From positions 1 through 49,828 of the forward strand of contig NW_024705386.1 of NCBI RefSeq assembly GCF_018977255.1: a stretch of 49,828 nt of DNA. Direction: 5' to 3'. Positions within the stretch are counted from its first letter, which is position 1. Each line of letters begins with the position of its first letter. This stretch comes from Callorhinchus milii. Taxonomy: Eukaryota. The notes under the pieces are model-generated. The model was given only the letters and a program-made list of their open reading frames with translations. It had not been told where the DNA came from and made no database searches. Positions 23,321 to 37,771 of this stretch are shown piece by piece. Position numbers and translations under genes: made by a program.

Positions 23321-26064
23321 AACGAGTTTTTATATTATAATTTCTACCTTAGACTATACATTATAATATTACACTATGTATTATTCTACCCACTCTACAG
23401 TATACCACACTGCTGTATATTCACTATACAATTACTTTATTACCTTATACATTATATTAAACATTACACTTTTATACTATTTATTATTATACAATCTTCT
23501 GTGCGATGCGGCAGTTTAGGCGGGTTGTGTGACACTGCAGCAGCCGGCATTTGTCAGCTGTTGTCGCGCCGCGGGGCGTGTGCAGTGAACACGGAGGCTG
23601 GCGGGGTTGGGTGCAGGGATCTGCCGCCACCCAAAACTCGGGCGACGCCAAAGTAATAATGGAAATAATAAAATAAATTATATGATAGAAGATGAAAGTA
23701 AGAAGAGCGGTGGTGAGTGAAGAAGGAAGTGGGTAAGGTACGAGGTGTGGTTACGGTTGATAAACTGTGAGAGCGATCCGGGACTGCATCCAGCTGCGGC
23801 GCTGTCGCCATCCTACTCTCGAATCCATTGAGAGGGCAGATCCAGCAGTGGATTGTGTGAATCTAATAACGACCACAATGTGATACGAGTGATTATAATG
23901 CAATTCAAATCCCGCAGCCCGCAGTTCGTATTCATTCGAGCAGTATGGTTATAATATGGGATATTATGAAAGGCATATGACTAATCGGCCTTGCCCGCAT
24001 CCCGACACTGATGTTAACCTTCAGTGCAGGCAGGAACAATCACCACTCCACGCGTGGGGCATACAGCTTCCTACAGCTCACCGCCACGGTTCCATGCCCC
24101 TTCATTATTTTGTTCAAAAGAAGAGCCACACTCCCTGTTGTTTGGCATTCCCCTGCCCACGAGTAAAGTTCTGTAAAAACAACCCCCTACCTCATCAGCG
24201 GTGCAGAGCGGTAAAGCTGTGGTCAATGTGAGCAATGTCCGAGAGGGAAGGCTCATAGACATCACAGAGGCCCACGAGGTCTCCGGACTGTTGCGAGGGG
24301 CTGGTAACCCCTCCACATTCAATGCACTTACCGTGAGAACACGTGGTAAATAAAAACACACACATCACTGTACATACACATCAGTGTAAATACACACTGC
24401 TATAGACTGATAATGGTTATAATAATAAACAACACTTGCAAACTATACCATCCAGATGGGTATCCAGAGCAATTGTAACCATTTTAATTGATCGAATATA
24501 ACAAATAACCCTCGTTGTTTAGACACACCATCAACAATAGTCCTTAAAAATATCCATAAAATCAAGTCACCACGCTATAAAGCATGCACCTCTTAGTATA
24601 TCTCCATCAGCATTGCAACATTTTATACTTATTTTCACAGATAAAGTCGATAAATTGATCACAGTTTACAGGCCATTGTAAATGTGCAAACTAACAACAT
24701 GCACATACTTATTCAAGGAGATGCCCATCCCTATTCAAACGGAAGCGAACGATGATTCAGCATATTCTTACTTCGGCTTAAGCACAATGCCCATATGAGC
24801 TTAGGTATGTTGCTAGATATTAGGAGCTTTAGTACAGTGAATAGCAATTAAATGCAAATAAGTTTATGAAGATAATGATTAGAGCGAGATTTCATAAATG
24901 GGAAGAATAATCCGAACCAGTGTGTCGTAGCAATGGCAAGCAAATGGAAGTATGAACTTGAAAACGACTTCATGCAAATAAACTACACCCATGACTTCAA
25001 TACACTCATTAAATATGTAGCAATAAGGGACGATCAGTCATCTTTAAATTATCAGGTCTTTATTGTTCTGCAAGTATATTAACGTTAAGACTCGTAGAAA
25101 CACATGCACACTCGTGTGTGAATGCACAACGCTGTATATACAGTCGTGTTTGGATGCACACTCGTGTGTGTATGTCTACTCGCCCGTGTATTTTTTTAAA
25201 GGAAAACTATGGTAGCAATAACGTAGATCAGTCATCTTTAAAAACAAATCAGGTCTTTATTAATCTGCAAGAAAACTCACGTTAATACTCGTATCGAAAT
25301 CTTTATTAATACGCATGCTCAAACAGGAAAGGAACTAGGCAAATTATTTCCCAAAAGGAATTCAACAGTTAAAATATATTCTTAAAATCAAAAACGTAAA
25401 CGTCGATTTCCCCTTTGACGTCCTTTTCCACTGAAGCCATTCGTCCAGAAGTCCAAGCCATCAAACACAGGAACAACGAACGTGCAATCCACGCACACTC
25501 TGAAACCTATTATTTGAAGTTAATTAATTTATTACACAATGATGAAAATTAAAGAACATGTTTAAAATATTGAGCAAAGTTGTGGTCACAGACTTTCTCC
25601 AACTTTAGCTCAAAAAGACCACTTAACCACGAGAGTAAAATCAGGAATTGAACCACCTCACAACCACTGCACATCACACCACATCAACAAGTAATCCGAT
25701 CGGACGACAAAGCACCACCTTAACGTGACGAAGTCTAGAATAAACCTCAACACTCAAGACACGGAATTCAACATAAACACCATGACAAAATGAATAACAG
25801 GAATGGGCAAATCCTAAAACAAGACGGCACACCCAGATCAGTAGCTGTGAGAAGATGACAACACATGGCAACTTCTACCATAAACACCAAACATTTAACA
25901 GAGCTGATGATCCAACTACGAGACGAAGCAATGTATCTATCGAAGTATAAAATTGTTGTCATCCTGAAATAAGTGAACACTTCTGGAACTTATCAGGAAC
26001 ACTTGTATCTGAACACATTGTAATACATTGATACACAAACATGCACATTCCAAGACTTCAACAG

Positions 26065-27054
26065 TTAACAGAAGTACTCCATACTTTGATTATCCAGCCA
26101 CTCCAGCAGCCATTTCTCATTATCAACCTGCATGGGGTCGAAATAGGAATTGTCGTAAGGGCTCAGTACATCCAGCCATCTCGCAGGATCCAACTGCATG
26201 GGGTCGAAAGAGGAATTGTCGTCAGGACTCATTACATCCACTACATCCACGCATCTCTCAGGATCCACCTGCATAGGTTCGAAAGATGCATTTTTTTCAG
26301 GACTCATTGCAGCACTTTGTATTTCAACTTTTGATTTCACTTCCCTATCATTGCGGATCTTCTCATGCTTGTTTCGGGTTGATGACCGTGTCATTTCCAA
26401 CGGAGAACACTTGAATGGCTTCTCGCCCGTGTGTGTTTTCTGGTGACTGTGAAGATTTGATTTCCATGCAAATGCCTTACCACACACAGAGCAATTGAAC
26501 GGCTTCTCGCCCGTGTGTGTTTTCTGGTGACTGTGAAGATGTGATTTCTGTGCAAATGTCTTCTCACACACAGAGCAATTGAATGGCTTCTCGCCCGTGT
26601 GTGTTTTCTGGTGACTGTGAAGATGTGATTTCTGTACAAATGCCTTCTCACACACAGCGCAATTGAACGGCTTCTCGCCCTTGTGTGTTTTTTGGTGACG
26701 GTGAAGATTTGATGAATCTGCAAATGCCTTCCCACACACAGAACAATTGAACGGCTTCTCGCCCGTGTGTGTTTTTTGGTGAATGTGAAGTTCTGCTTTA
26801 CGGGCAAATGCCTTCTCACACACAGAGCACTTGAATGGCTTCTTACCCGAGTGTGTTTTCTGGTGACTGTGAAGATTTGATTTCCGTGAAAATGACTTCT
26901 CACAAACAGAGCAATTGAAAGGCTTTTCGCCCGTGTGTGTTTTCTGGTGCCTGTGAAGATCTGCTTTACGGGCAAATGCCTTCACACAAACAGAGCAATT
27001 GAATGGCTTCTTACCCGTGTGTGCGTGGCGCTGTGGAGAGTTTTTCTGCTCCAT
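26065..27054 (-). CDS. C2H2 zinc-finger protein U6, 329 aa, identical to U5
   Basis: The ORF track gives the same 329-aa translation 4520 bp downstream. Confidence 0.93.
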   Translation of the reverse strand: MEQKNSPQRHAHTGKKPFNCSVCVKAFARKADLHRHQKTHTGEKPFNCSVCEKSFSRKSNLHSHQKTHSGKKPFKCSVCEKAFARKAELHIHQKTHTGEKPFNCSVCGKAFADSSNLHRHQKTHKGEKPFNCAVCEKAFVQKSHLHSHQKTHTGEKPFNCSVCEKTFAQKSHLHSHQKTHTGEKPFNCSVCGKAFAWKSNLHSHQKTHTGEKPFKCSPLEMTRSSTRNKHEKIRNDREVKSKVEIQSAAMSPEKNASFEPMQVDPERCVDVVDVMSPDDNSSFDPMQLDPARWLDVLSPYDNSYFDPMQVDNEKWLLEWLDNQSMEYFC

Positions 27055-30000
27055 TCTTCAGAGCAGAGAAACTGTCGCGGATGTTGTTGAGAGCAAAAGG
27101 CGCCCTCTAAGCTGCGTGGATGTCTGGCTCAAATCGCCAGGAAGCAAACTCTTACCAACGTCTAACTGAGACACAGTAACGTCTCGTAAGTCGGACTACA
27201 CACGCAATTACCAGTTTATCCACTAACAAAGACACTTACTTGTGGATGCACGTCGTATCGATGTCCCTGTAACCCGTCTGAAGAGATTGCCACGAACTCT
27301 CCCGAAGCGAAGTCGCCAACCAGTCGCCAAGCAATCGTGCTCGCCAGGCTGGGTCTCGTGGAAGAAGGGTTATCTGCAGAGCGAGGAGTCAAGCGTCTAT
27401 CCTCAGCAAAATCCGTCTCGAAATGACCCTGAGGTCTGATTTTAAGCCCCTTATAACTTCGCTCTAGCATCCAAATCCTTTGTTCTCGACTTGGCCTATT
27501 ATGGACTTTGCATTCAATTGTAAATTTTTACATTAACAATCCGCATATCTAGCAACATAATACGTATGTACATCTCACTGCATAATTGTACACTTCCGTT
27601 TGAATAAGGATGTGCATCTCCCTGCATAATTCCATGATTCGTGTTAATTTGCTAATATTCACCCCCAATGTCCTCTAAACTGATGCAAGTTTAGAGGATT
27701 ATAAAGCGACATACAGCCTGAAATATCAAAATTGGTGATCTCGAGCTTGATTTGGAATACGATGTGCAAGTTTATACTGTACTGACTTTGTTTCATAAAT
27801 ATATTTAAGGACAATCGTCATGAGCGGGGTGCTTCTGGAAAACGAGTTTTTATATTATAATTTCTACCTTAGACTATACATTATAATATTACACTATGTA
27901 TTATTCTACCCACTCTACAGTATACCACACTGCTGTATATTCACTATACAATTACTTTATTACCTTATACATTATATTAAACATTACACTTTTATACTAT
28001 TTATTATTATACAATCTTCTGTGCGATGCGGCAGTTTAGGCGGGTTGTGTGACACTGCAGCAGCCGGCATTTGTCAGCTGTTGTCGCGCCGCGGGGCGTG
28101 TGCAGTGAACACGGAGGCTGGCGGGGTTGGGTGCAGGGATCTGCCGCCACCCAAAACTCGGGCGACGCCAAAGTAATAATGGAAATAATAAAATAAATTA
28201 TATGATAGAAGATGAAAGTAAGAAGAGCGGTGGTGAGTGAAGAAGGAAGTGGGTAAGGTACGAGGTGTGGTTACGGTTGATAAACTGTGAGAGCGATCCG
28301 GGACTGCATCCAGCTGCGGCGCTGTCGCCATCCTACTCTCGAATCCATTGAGAGGGCAGATCCAGCAGTGGATTGTGTGAATCTAATAACGACCACAATG
28401 TGATACGAGTGATTATAATGCAATTCAAATCCCGCAGCCCGCAGTTCGTATTCATTCGAGCAGTATGGTTATAATATGGGATATTATGAAAGGCATATGA
28501 CTAATCGGCCTTGCCCGCATCCCGACACTGATGTTAACCTTCAGTGCAGGCAGGAACAATCACCACTCCACGCGTGGGGCATACACCTTCCTACAGCTCA
28601 CCGCCACGGTTCCATGCCCCTTCATTATTTTGTTCAAAAGAAGAGCCACACTCCCTGTTGTTTGGCATTCCCCTGCCCACGAGTAAAGTTCTGTAAAAAC
28701 AACCCCCTACCTCATCAGCGGTGCAGAGCGGTAAAGCTGTGGTCAATGTGAGCAATGTCCGAGAGGGAAGGCTCATAGACATCACAGAGGCCCACGAGGT
28801 CTCCGGACTGTTGCGAGGGGCTGGTAACCCCTCCACATTCAATGCACTTACCGTGAGAACACGTGGTAAATAAAAACACACACATCACTGTACATACACA
28901 TCAGTGTAAATACACACTGCTATAGACTGATAATGGTTATAATAATAAACAACACTTGCAAACTATACCATCCAGATGGGTATCCAGAGCAATTGTAACC
29001 ATTTTAATTGATCGAATATAACAAATAACCCTCGTTGTTTAGACACACCATCAACAATAGTCCTTAAAAATATCCATAAAATCAAGTCACCACGCTATAA
29101 AGCATGCACCTCTTAGTATATCTCCATCAGCATTGCAACATTTTATACTTATTTTCACAGATAAAGTCGATAAATTGATCACAGTTTACAGGCCATTGTA
29201 AATGTGCAAACTAACAACATGCACATACTTATTCAAGGAGATGCCCATCCCTATTCAAACGGAAGCGAACGATGATTCAGCATATTCTTACTTCGGCTTA
29301 AGCACAATGCCCATATGAGCTTAGGTATGTTGCTAGATATTAGGAGCTTTAGTACAGTGAATAGCAATTAAATGCAAATAAGTTTATGAAGATAATGATT
29401 AGAGCGAGATTTCATAAATGGGAAGAATAATCCGAACCAGTGTGTCGTAGCAATGGCAAGCAAATGGAAGTATGAACTTGAAAACGACTTCATGCAAATA
29501 AACTACACCCATGACTTCAATACACTCATTAAATATGTAGCAATAAGGGACGATCAGTCATCTTTAAATTATCAGGTCTTTATTGTTCTGCAAGTATATT
29601 AACGTTAAGACTCGTAGAAACACATGCACACTCGTGTGTGAATGCACAACGCTGTATATACAGTCGTGTTTGGATGCACACTCGTGTGTGTATGTCTACT
29701 CGCCCGTGTATTTTTTTAAAGGAAAACTATGGTAGCAATAACGTAGATCAGTCATCTTTAAAAACAAATCAGGTCTTTATTAATCTGCAAGAAAACTCAC
29801 GTTAATACTCGTATCGAAATCTTTATTAATACGCATGCTCAAACAGGAAAGGAACTAGGCAAATTATTTCCCAAAAGGAATTCAACAGTTAAAATATATT
29901 CTTAAAATCAAAAACGTAAACGTCGATTTCCCCTTTGACGTCCTTTTCCACTGAAGCCATTCGTCCAGAAGTCCAAGCCATCAAACACAGGAACAACGAA

Positions 30001-30581
30001 CGTGCAATCCACGCACACTCTGAAACCTATTATTTGAAGTTAATTAATTTATTACACAATGATGAAAATTAAAGAACATGTTTAAAATATTGAGCAAAGT
30101 TGTGGTCACAGACTTTCTCCAACTTTAGCTCAAAAAGACCACTTAACCACGAGAGTAAAATCAGGAATTGAACCACCTCACAACCACTGCACATCACACC
30201 ACATCAACAAGTAATCCGATCGGACGACAAAGCACCACCTTAACGTGACGAAGTCTAGAATAAACCTCAACACTCAAGACACGGAATTCAACAAAACACC
30301 ATGACAAAATGAATAACAGGAATGGGCAAATCCTAAAACAAGACGGCACACCCAGATCAGTAGCTGTGAGAAGATGACAACACATGGCAACTTCTACATA
30401 AACACCAAACATTTAACAGAGCGATGATCCAACTACGAGACGAAGCAATGTATCTATCGAAGTATAAAATTGTTGTCATCCTGAAATAAGTGAACACTTC
30501 TGGAACTTATCAGGAACACTTGTATCTGAACACATTGTAATACATTGATACACAAACATGCACATTCCAAGACTTCAACAG

Positions 30582-31388
30582 TTAACAGAAGTACTCCATA
30601 CTTTGATTATCCAGCCACTCCAGCAGCCATTTCTCATTATCAACCTGCATGGGGTCGAAATAGGAATTGTCGTAAGGGCTCAGTACATCCAGCCATCTCG
30701 CAGGATCCAACTGCATGGGGTCGAAAGAGGAATTGTCGTCAGGACTCATTACATCCACTACATCCACGCATCTCTCAGGATCCACCTGCATAGGTTCGAA
30801 AGATGCATTTTTTTCAGGACTCATTGCAGCACTTTGTATTTCAACTTTTGATTTCACTTCCCTATCATTGCGGATCTTCTCATGCTTGTTTCGGGTTGAT
30901 GACCGTGTCATTCCAACGGAGAACACTTGAATGGCTTCTCGCCCGTGTGTGTTTTCTGGTGACTGTGAAGATTGATTTCCATGCAAATGCCTTCCACACA
31001 CAGAGCAATTGAACGGCTTCTCGCCCGTGTGTGTTTTCTGGTGACTGTAAGATTGATTTCTGTGCAAATGCCTTCTCACACACAGAGCAATTGAATGGCT
31101 TCTCGCCCGTGTGTGTTTTCTGGTGACTGTGAAGATTGATTTCTGTACAAATGCCTTCCACACACAGCGCAATTGAACGGCTTCTCGCCCTGTGTGTTTT
31201 TGGTGACGGTGAAGATTTGATGAATCTGCAAATGCCTTCCCACACACAGACAATTGAACGGCTTCTCGCCCGTGTGTGTTTTTTGGTGAATGTGAAGTTC
31301 TGTTTCGGCAAATGCCTTCTCACAACAGAGCAATTGAATGGCTTCTTACCCGTGTGTGGTGGCGCTGTGGAGAGTTTTTCTGCTCCAT
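30582..31388 (-). pseudogene. C2H2 zinc-finger gene U7 (5 fingers, frameshifted as assembled)
   Basis: Tail identical to U5; two fingers missing; many 1-nt deletions. Confidence 0.7.
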
Positions 31389-33861
31389 TCTTCAGAGCAG
31401 AGAAACTGTCGCGGATGTTGTTGAGAGTAAAAGGCGCCCTCTAAGCTGCGTGGATGTCTGGCTCAAATCGCCAGGAAGCAAACTCTTACCAACGTCTAAC
31501 TGAGACACAGTAACGTCTCGTAAGTCGGACTACACACGCGATTACCAGTTTATCCACTAACAAAGACACTTACTTGTGGATGCACGGCGATCGATGTCCC
31601 TGTAACCCGTCTGAAGAGATTGCCACGAACTCTCCCGAAGCGAAGTCGCCAACCAGTCGCCAAGCAATCGTGCTCGCCAGGCTGGGTCTCGTGGAAGAAG
31701 GGTTATCTGCAGAGCGAGGAGTCGAGCGTCTATCCTCAGCAAAATTCTCGAAAAGACCTTGAGGTCTGATTTTAAGCCCCTTATAACTTCGCTCTAGCAT
31801 CCAAATCCTTTGTTCTCGACTTGGTCTATCATGGACTTTGCATTCAATTGTAATTTTTTTGCATTAACAATCCGCATATCTAGCAACATAATACATATGT
31901 ACATCTCACTGCATAATTGTACACTTCCGTTTGAATAAGGATGTGCATCTCCATGCATAATTCCATGATTCGTGTTAATTTGCTAATATTCACCCCCCAA
32001 TGTCCTCTAAACTGCTGCAAGTTTAGAGGATGATAAAGTGACATACAGTCTGAAGTATCAAAATTGGTGATCTCGAGATTGATTTGGAATAAGATGTGCA
32101 AGTGTATACTGTACTGACTTTGTTTTATAAATATATTTAAGGACAATCGTGTTGAGCGGGGTGTTTCTAGAAAACGAGTGTTTTATATAAAAATTCTGCC
32201 ATGAACTTTGAATAATCATCCGAATGGTTTAGCTTGTAAGCGTGGTTTATTATAATGTTCATGTTAAAGGTTTTTTGGGTTAGATCGCTTAAATATACAA
32301 ATGTGTATTTGAAACCCGCCACCACCCGACAAAGCCAACTAGTACGGATTGTCATGTAGCAATAAGGGACGATCATCTTTAACATAGCAGGTCTTTATTG
32401 TTCTTCAAGTATATTAACATTAAAACTCGTAGAAACACATGCACACTCGTGTGTGAAACAGTCGCGTTTGGATGCACACTCGTGTGTGTATGTCTTCTCG
32501 TCCGTTTTTTTAGGAAGGATATGGTAGCAATAACGTACGATCAGTCATCTTTAAAACAAATCAGGTCTTTATTAATCTGCAAGAAAACTCACGTTAATAC
32601 TCGTATCGAACTCTTTATTAATACGCATGCTATTTCCCAATAGGAATTCAACAGTTAAAACAGATTCTTAAAATCAAACAAGTAGACGTCGATTTCCCCT
32701 TTGACGTCCTTTTACACTGAAGCCATTCGTCAAAGCCATCAAACACAGGAACAACGAACGTGCAATCCACGCACACTCTGAAACCTATTATTTGAAGTGA
32801 ATTAATTTTAACTTTGGAGCTTTCGTGACTGCAGGAATTATTCTTTGGTTCTTTCGGTTAAGTCACGTATAAAGAAAAAATAATAAATTAAATAATACCA
32901 TACGACGTTTATTAATTTATTACACAATGATAAAAATTAATGAACATGTTTAAAATATTGAGCAAAGTTGTGATCACAGACTTTCTCCAACTTTAGCTCA
33001 ACAAGACCACTTAACCACGAGAGTAAAATCAGGAATTGAACCACCTCACAACCACTGCACATCACACCACATCAACAAGTAATCCGATCGGACGACAAAG
33101 CACCACCTTAACGTGACGAAGTCTAGAATAAACCTCAACACTCAAGACGCGGAATTCAACATAAACACCACGACAAAATGAATAACAGGAATGGGCAAAT
33201 CCTAAAACAAGACGGCACACCCAGATCAGTAGCAGTGAGAAGATGACAACACATGGCAACTTCTACCATAAACACCACATATTTAACAGCCCCGATGATC
33301 TAACGACGAGACGAAGGAATGTATCTATCGAAGTATAAAATTGTTGTCATTATGAATCAGTGAACACTTCTGGAACTTAAAAGGAAGACATTCATCTGAA
33401 CACATTATAGAGCATTCACAACATCACTCTAGCTTGAAGTCCTAGAAATCACCGAAAAAAAATTATAAGAGACACAAATAGCACTCTCCAGCCACTCCAC
33501 TACATCAATCCATCTCTCAGGATGCAACTGCATGGGGTCGAAAGAGGAATTTCGTTGAGGACTCATGACAACATTTTTACTCTTTGTTTGATGATGCCTG
33601 TGAAGTGTTGCTGACCGTGAAAATGCTTCCAACACACAGAGCAATCAAACAGATTTATTAAAATAATTACACTAGCTTGGAGTAGTGCTGGAAATCACTG
33701 ATATAATCAATTGCACCTAATTAATTGATCTAACAGAGACACAAACGTGCACATTCCAGGACTTTAACAGAAGTACTCAATACTTTGATTATCCAGCCAC
33801 TCCAGCAGCCATTTCTCATTATCAACCCGCATGGGGTCAAAAAAAGAATTGGCGTCAGGGC

Positions 33862-34584
33862 TCAGTACATCCAGCCATCTCGCAGGATCCAACTGCATGG
33901 GGTCGAAAAGGAATTGTCGTCAGGACTCATTACATCCACTACATCCACGCATCTCTCAGTATCCACCTGCATAGGTTCGAAAGATGCATTTTTTTCAGGA
34001 CTCATTGCAGCACTTTGTGTTTCACCTTTTGTTTTCACTTCCCTATTATTGCTGATCTTCTCATGCTTGTTTCGGGGTGATGACCGTGTCCTCTCCAACG
34101 GAGAACAATTGAACGGCTTCTCGCCCGTGTGTGTTTTCTGGTGCCTGTGAAGATCTGATTTCCGTGCAAATGCCTTCCAGCACACAGCGCAATTGAATGG
34201 CTTCTCACCCGAGTGTGTTTTCTGGTGACTATAAAGATTTGATTTTCGTGAAAATGACTTCTCACACACAGAGCAATTGAATGGCTTCTCGCCCGTGTGT
34301 GTTTTCTGGTGACTATAAAGATTTGATTTACGTGAAAATGACTTCTCACACACAGAGCAACTGAATGGCTTCTCACCCGAGTGTGTTTTCTGGTGAGTGT
34401 GAAGATTTGATTTCTGTGAAAATGACTTCTCACAAACAGAGCAATTGAATGGCTTTTCGCCCGTGTGTGTTTTCTGGTGACGGTTACGATTTGATGAATC
34501 TGCAAATGCCTTCCCACAAAGAGAGCAATTGAACCGCTTCTCGCCCGTGTGTGCGTGCCGCTGTGGAGAGTTTTTCCGCTCCAT
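33862..34584 (-). CDS. C2H2 zinc-finger protein U8, 240 aa: 5 fingers, tail truncated by frameshift
   Basis: Open from ATG through 5 fingers. A 1-nt deletion at ~33908 gives [15 protein letters not shown]; the canonical stop would be 33764. Confidence 0.8.
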   Translation of the reverse strand: MERKNSPQRHAHTGEKRFNCSLCGKAFADSSNRNRHQKTHTGEKPFNCSVCEKSFSQKSNLHTHQKTHSGEKPFSCSVCEKSFSRKSNLYSHQKTHTGEKPFNCSVCEKSFSRKSNLYSHQKTHSGEKPFNCAVCWKAFARKSDLHRHQKTHTGEKPFNCSPLERTRSSPRNKHEKISNNREVKTKGETQSAAMSPEKNASFEPMQVDTERCVDVVDVMSPDDNSFSTPCSWILRDGWMY

Positions 34585-37500
34585 GTGACTGATTCTTCAG
34601 AGCAGAGTAACAGTCGCGGGTGTTGTTGAGAGTTAAAGGCGACCTCTAAGGTGCGTGGATGTCTGGCTTAAATCGCCAAGAAGCAAACTCTTACCAACGT
34701 CTAACTGAGACACAGTAACGTATCCTAAGTCGGACTACACACGCGATTACCAGTTTATCCTCTAACAAAGACACTTACTTGTTGATGCACGGCGTATCGA
34801 TGTCCCTGTAACCCGTCTGAAGAGATCGCCACGAACTCTCCCGAAGCAAAGTCCCAACCAGTCGCCAAGCAATCGTGCTCGCCAGGCTGGGTCTCGTGGA
34901 AGAAGGGTTATCTGCAGAGCGGGAGTCGAGCGTCTATGCTCAGCAAAATCCCTCTCGAAATGACCTTGAGGTCTGATTTTAAGCCCCTTATATCTTCGCT
35001 CTAGCATCCAAATCCTTTGTTCACAACTTGGCCTATTATGGACTTTGCATTCAATTGTTAATTTTTACGTTAACAATCCGCATATCCAGCAACATAATAC
35101 GTATGTACATCTCACGCATAATTGTACACTTCCGTTTGAATAAGGATGTGCATCTCCATGCATAATTCCGTGCTTCGTGTTAATTTGCAAATATTCACCC
35201 CCCAATGTCCTCTAAACTGCTGCAAGTTTAGAGGATATAAAGCGACATACAGTCTGAAGTATCAAAATTGGTGATCTCGAGATTGATTTGGAATAAGATG
35301 TGCAAGTTTATACTGTACTGACTTTGTTTTATAAATATATTTAAGGACAATCGTGTTGAGCGGGGTGTTTCTAGAAAACGAGTGTTTTATATTAAAAATT
35401 CTGCCATGAACTTTGAATAATCATCCGAATGGTTTAGCTTGTAAGCGTGGTTTATTATAATGTTCATGTTAAAGGTTTTTTGGGTTAGATCGCTTAAATA
35501 TACAAATGTGTATTTGAAACCCGCCACCACCCGACAAAGCCAACTAGTAAGGGTTGTCATGTAGCAATAAGGGACGATCATCTTTAACATAGCAGGTCTT
35601 TATTGTTCTTCAAGTATATTAACATTAAAACTCGTAGAAACACATGCACACTCGTGTGTGAAACAGTCGCGTTTGGATGCACACTCGTGTGTGTATGTCT
35701 TCTCGTCCGTTTTTTAGGGAAGGATATGGTAGCAATAACGTACGATCAGTCATCTTTAAAAACAAATCAGGTCTTTATTAATCTGCAAGAAAACTCACGT
35801 TAATACTCGTATCGAACTCTTTATTAATACGCATGCTATTTCCCAATAGGAATTCAACAGTTAAAACAGATTCTTAAAATCAAACAAGTAGACGTCGATT
35901 TCCCCTTTGACGTCCTTTTACACTGAAGCCATTCGTCAAAGCCATCAAACACAGGAACAACGAACGTGCAATCCACGCACACTCTGAAACCTATTATTTG
36001 AATTTCGATTTAAAGCTTTCGTGACTGCAGGGATTCATCTTCTTGTTTCTTTCGGTAAAGTCACGTAGAAGGGAAGTAATAAAATAATAAAAATAAAACA
36101 TAATAAAACAATTCTCACGACGTTTCGGCTACAACGCAAGCAGCCGTCTTCAGGTGAAGAATGAGACACTACCAAACTAGGAGCTTATATATAAGCTGCA
36201 TTGGGGGTTGAAGAGCGCCTTAACAAAAAGAATGTGCATGTGAAGAGGGATTTAGCATATTCATGGAAAATGCGTAGGCGTTGGGCGGGGGGGTGTCAAA
36301 GTCATATTATGCCCATGCATTATGCAGGATCAGCAGCAACCAAGGGGGGTGCAGGGATTAGCAGTAACAAAGGAAAGGAATGTTAATGATATGTAGCTGC
36401 AGTTACTCAACAACCACGTAGAAAACTAAAGGTATAAACTACATAAAAAACTAAAGTATAAACTGCATCGCACCATCAGTATACTTACTATACTCTATAA
36501 TAAGCTGAGTTACTAACAGCAAGTAATACATTACAATTTTACCTCGTAAAATTCTATAATATGCTTCCATCTAAACCTTATTCTCTTACATCACACGAGC
36601 ATATACCGTACTATATACTGCCATAGATAAACCCAACATTAAATTATATACTGTATTGCTGTAAACCAACCTATATCTTATACATTTAATATCACACTAT
36701 GTATTATTCTACACACCCTAATGTGTATCGAAATGGTTTATTACGTCCTTCAATGATTGCTGAGCCAGAATCCATCTTCTCGGTTAAAATTGTCTCTGTG
36801 TTTGAATTAATTTTAACTTTGGAGCTTTCGTGACTGCAGGAATTATTCTTTGGTTCTTTCGGTAAAGTCACGTATAAAGAAAAAATAATAAATTAAATAA
36901 TAGCATACGACGTTTAAGTAATTTATTACACAATGATAAAAATTAATGAACATGTTTAAAATATTGAGCAAAGTTGTGATCACAGACTTTCTCCAACTTT
37001 AGCTCAACAAGACCACTTAACCACGAGAGTAAAATCAGGAATTGAACCACCTCACAACCACTGCACATCACACCACATCAACAAGTAATCCGATCGGACG
37101 ATAAAGCACCATCTTAACGTGACGAAGTCTAGAATAAACCTCAACACTCAAGACGCGGAATTCAACATACACACCACGACAAAATGAATAACAGGAATGG
37201 GCAAATCCTAAAACAAGACGGCACACCCAGATCAGTAGCTGTGAGAAGATAACAACACATGGCAACTTTGTACCATAAACACCACACATTTAACAGAGAC
37301 GATGATCCAACTACGAGACGAAGCAATGTATCTATCGAAGTATAAAATTGTTGTCATCCTGAAATAAGTGAACACTTCTGGAACTTATCAGGAACACTTT
37401 TATCTGAACACAATGTATAGCATTCACAACATCACTCTAGCTTGAAGTCCTAGAAATCACCGAAAAAAAATATATAAGAGACACGAATAGCACTCTCCAG

Positions 37501-37771
37501 CCACTCCACTACATCAAGCCATCTCTCAGGATGCAACTGCATGGGGTCGAAAGAGGAATTTCGTTGAGGACTCATGACAACATTTTTACTCTTTGTTTGA
37601 TGATGCCTGTGAAGTGTTGCTGACCGTGAAAATGCTTCCAACACACAGAGCAATCAAACAGATTATTAAAATAATTACACTAGCTTGGAGTAGTGCTGGA
37701 AATCACTGATATAATCAATTGCACCTAATTAATTGATCTAACAGAAACACAAACGTGCACATTCCAGGACT

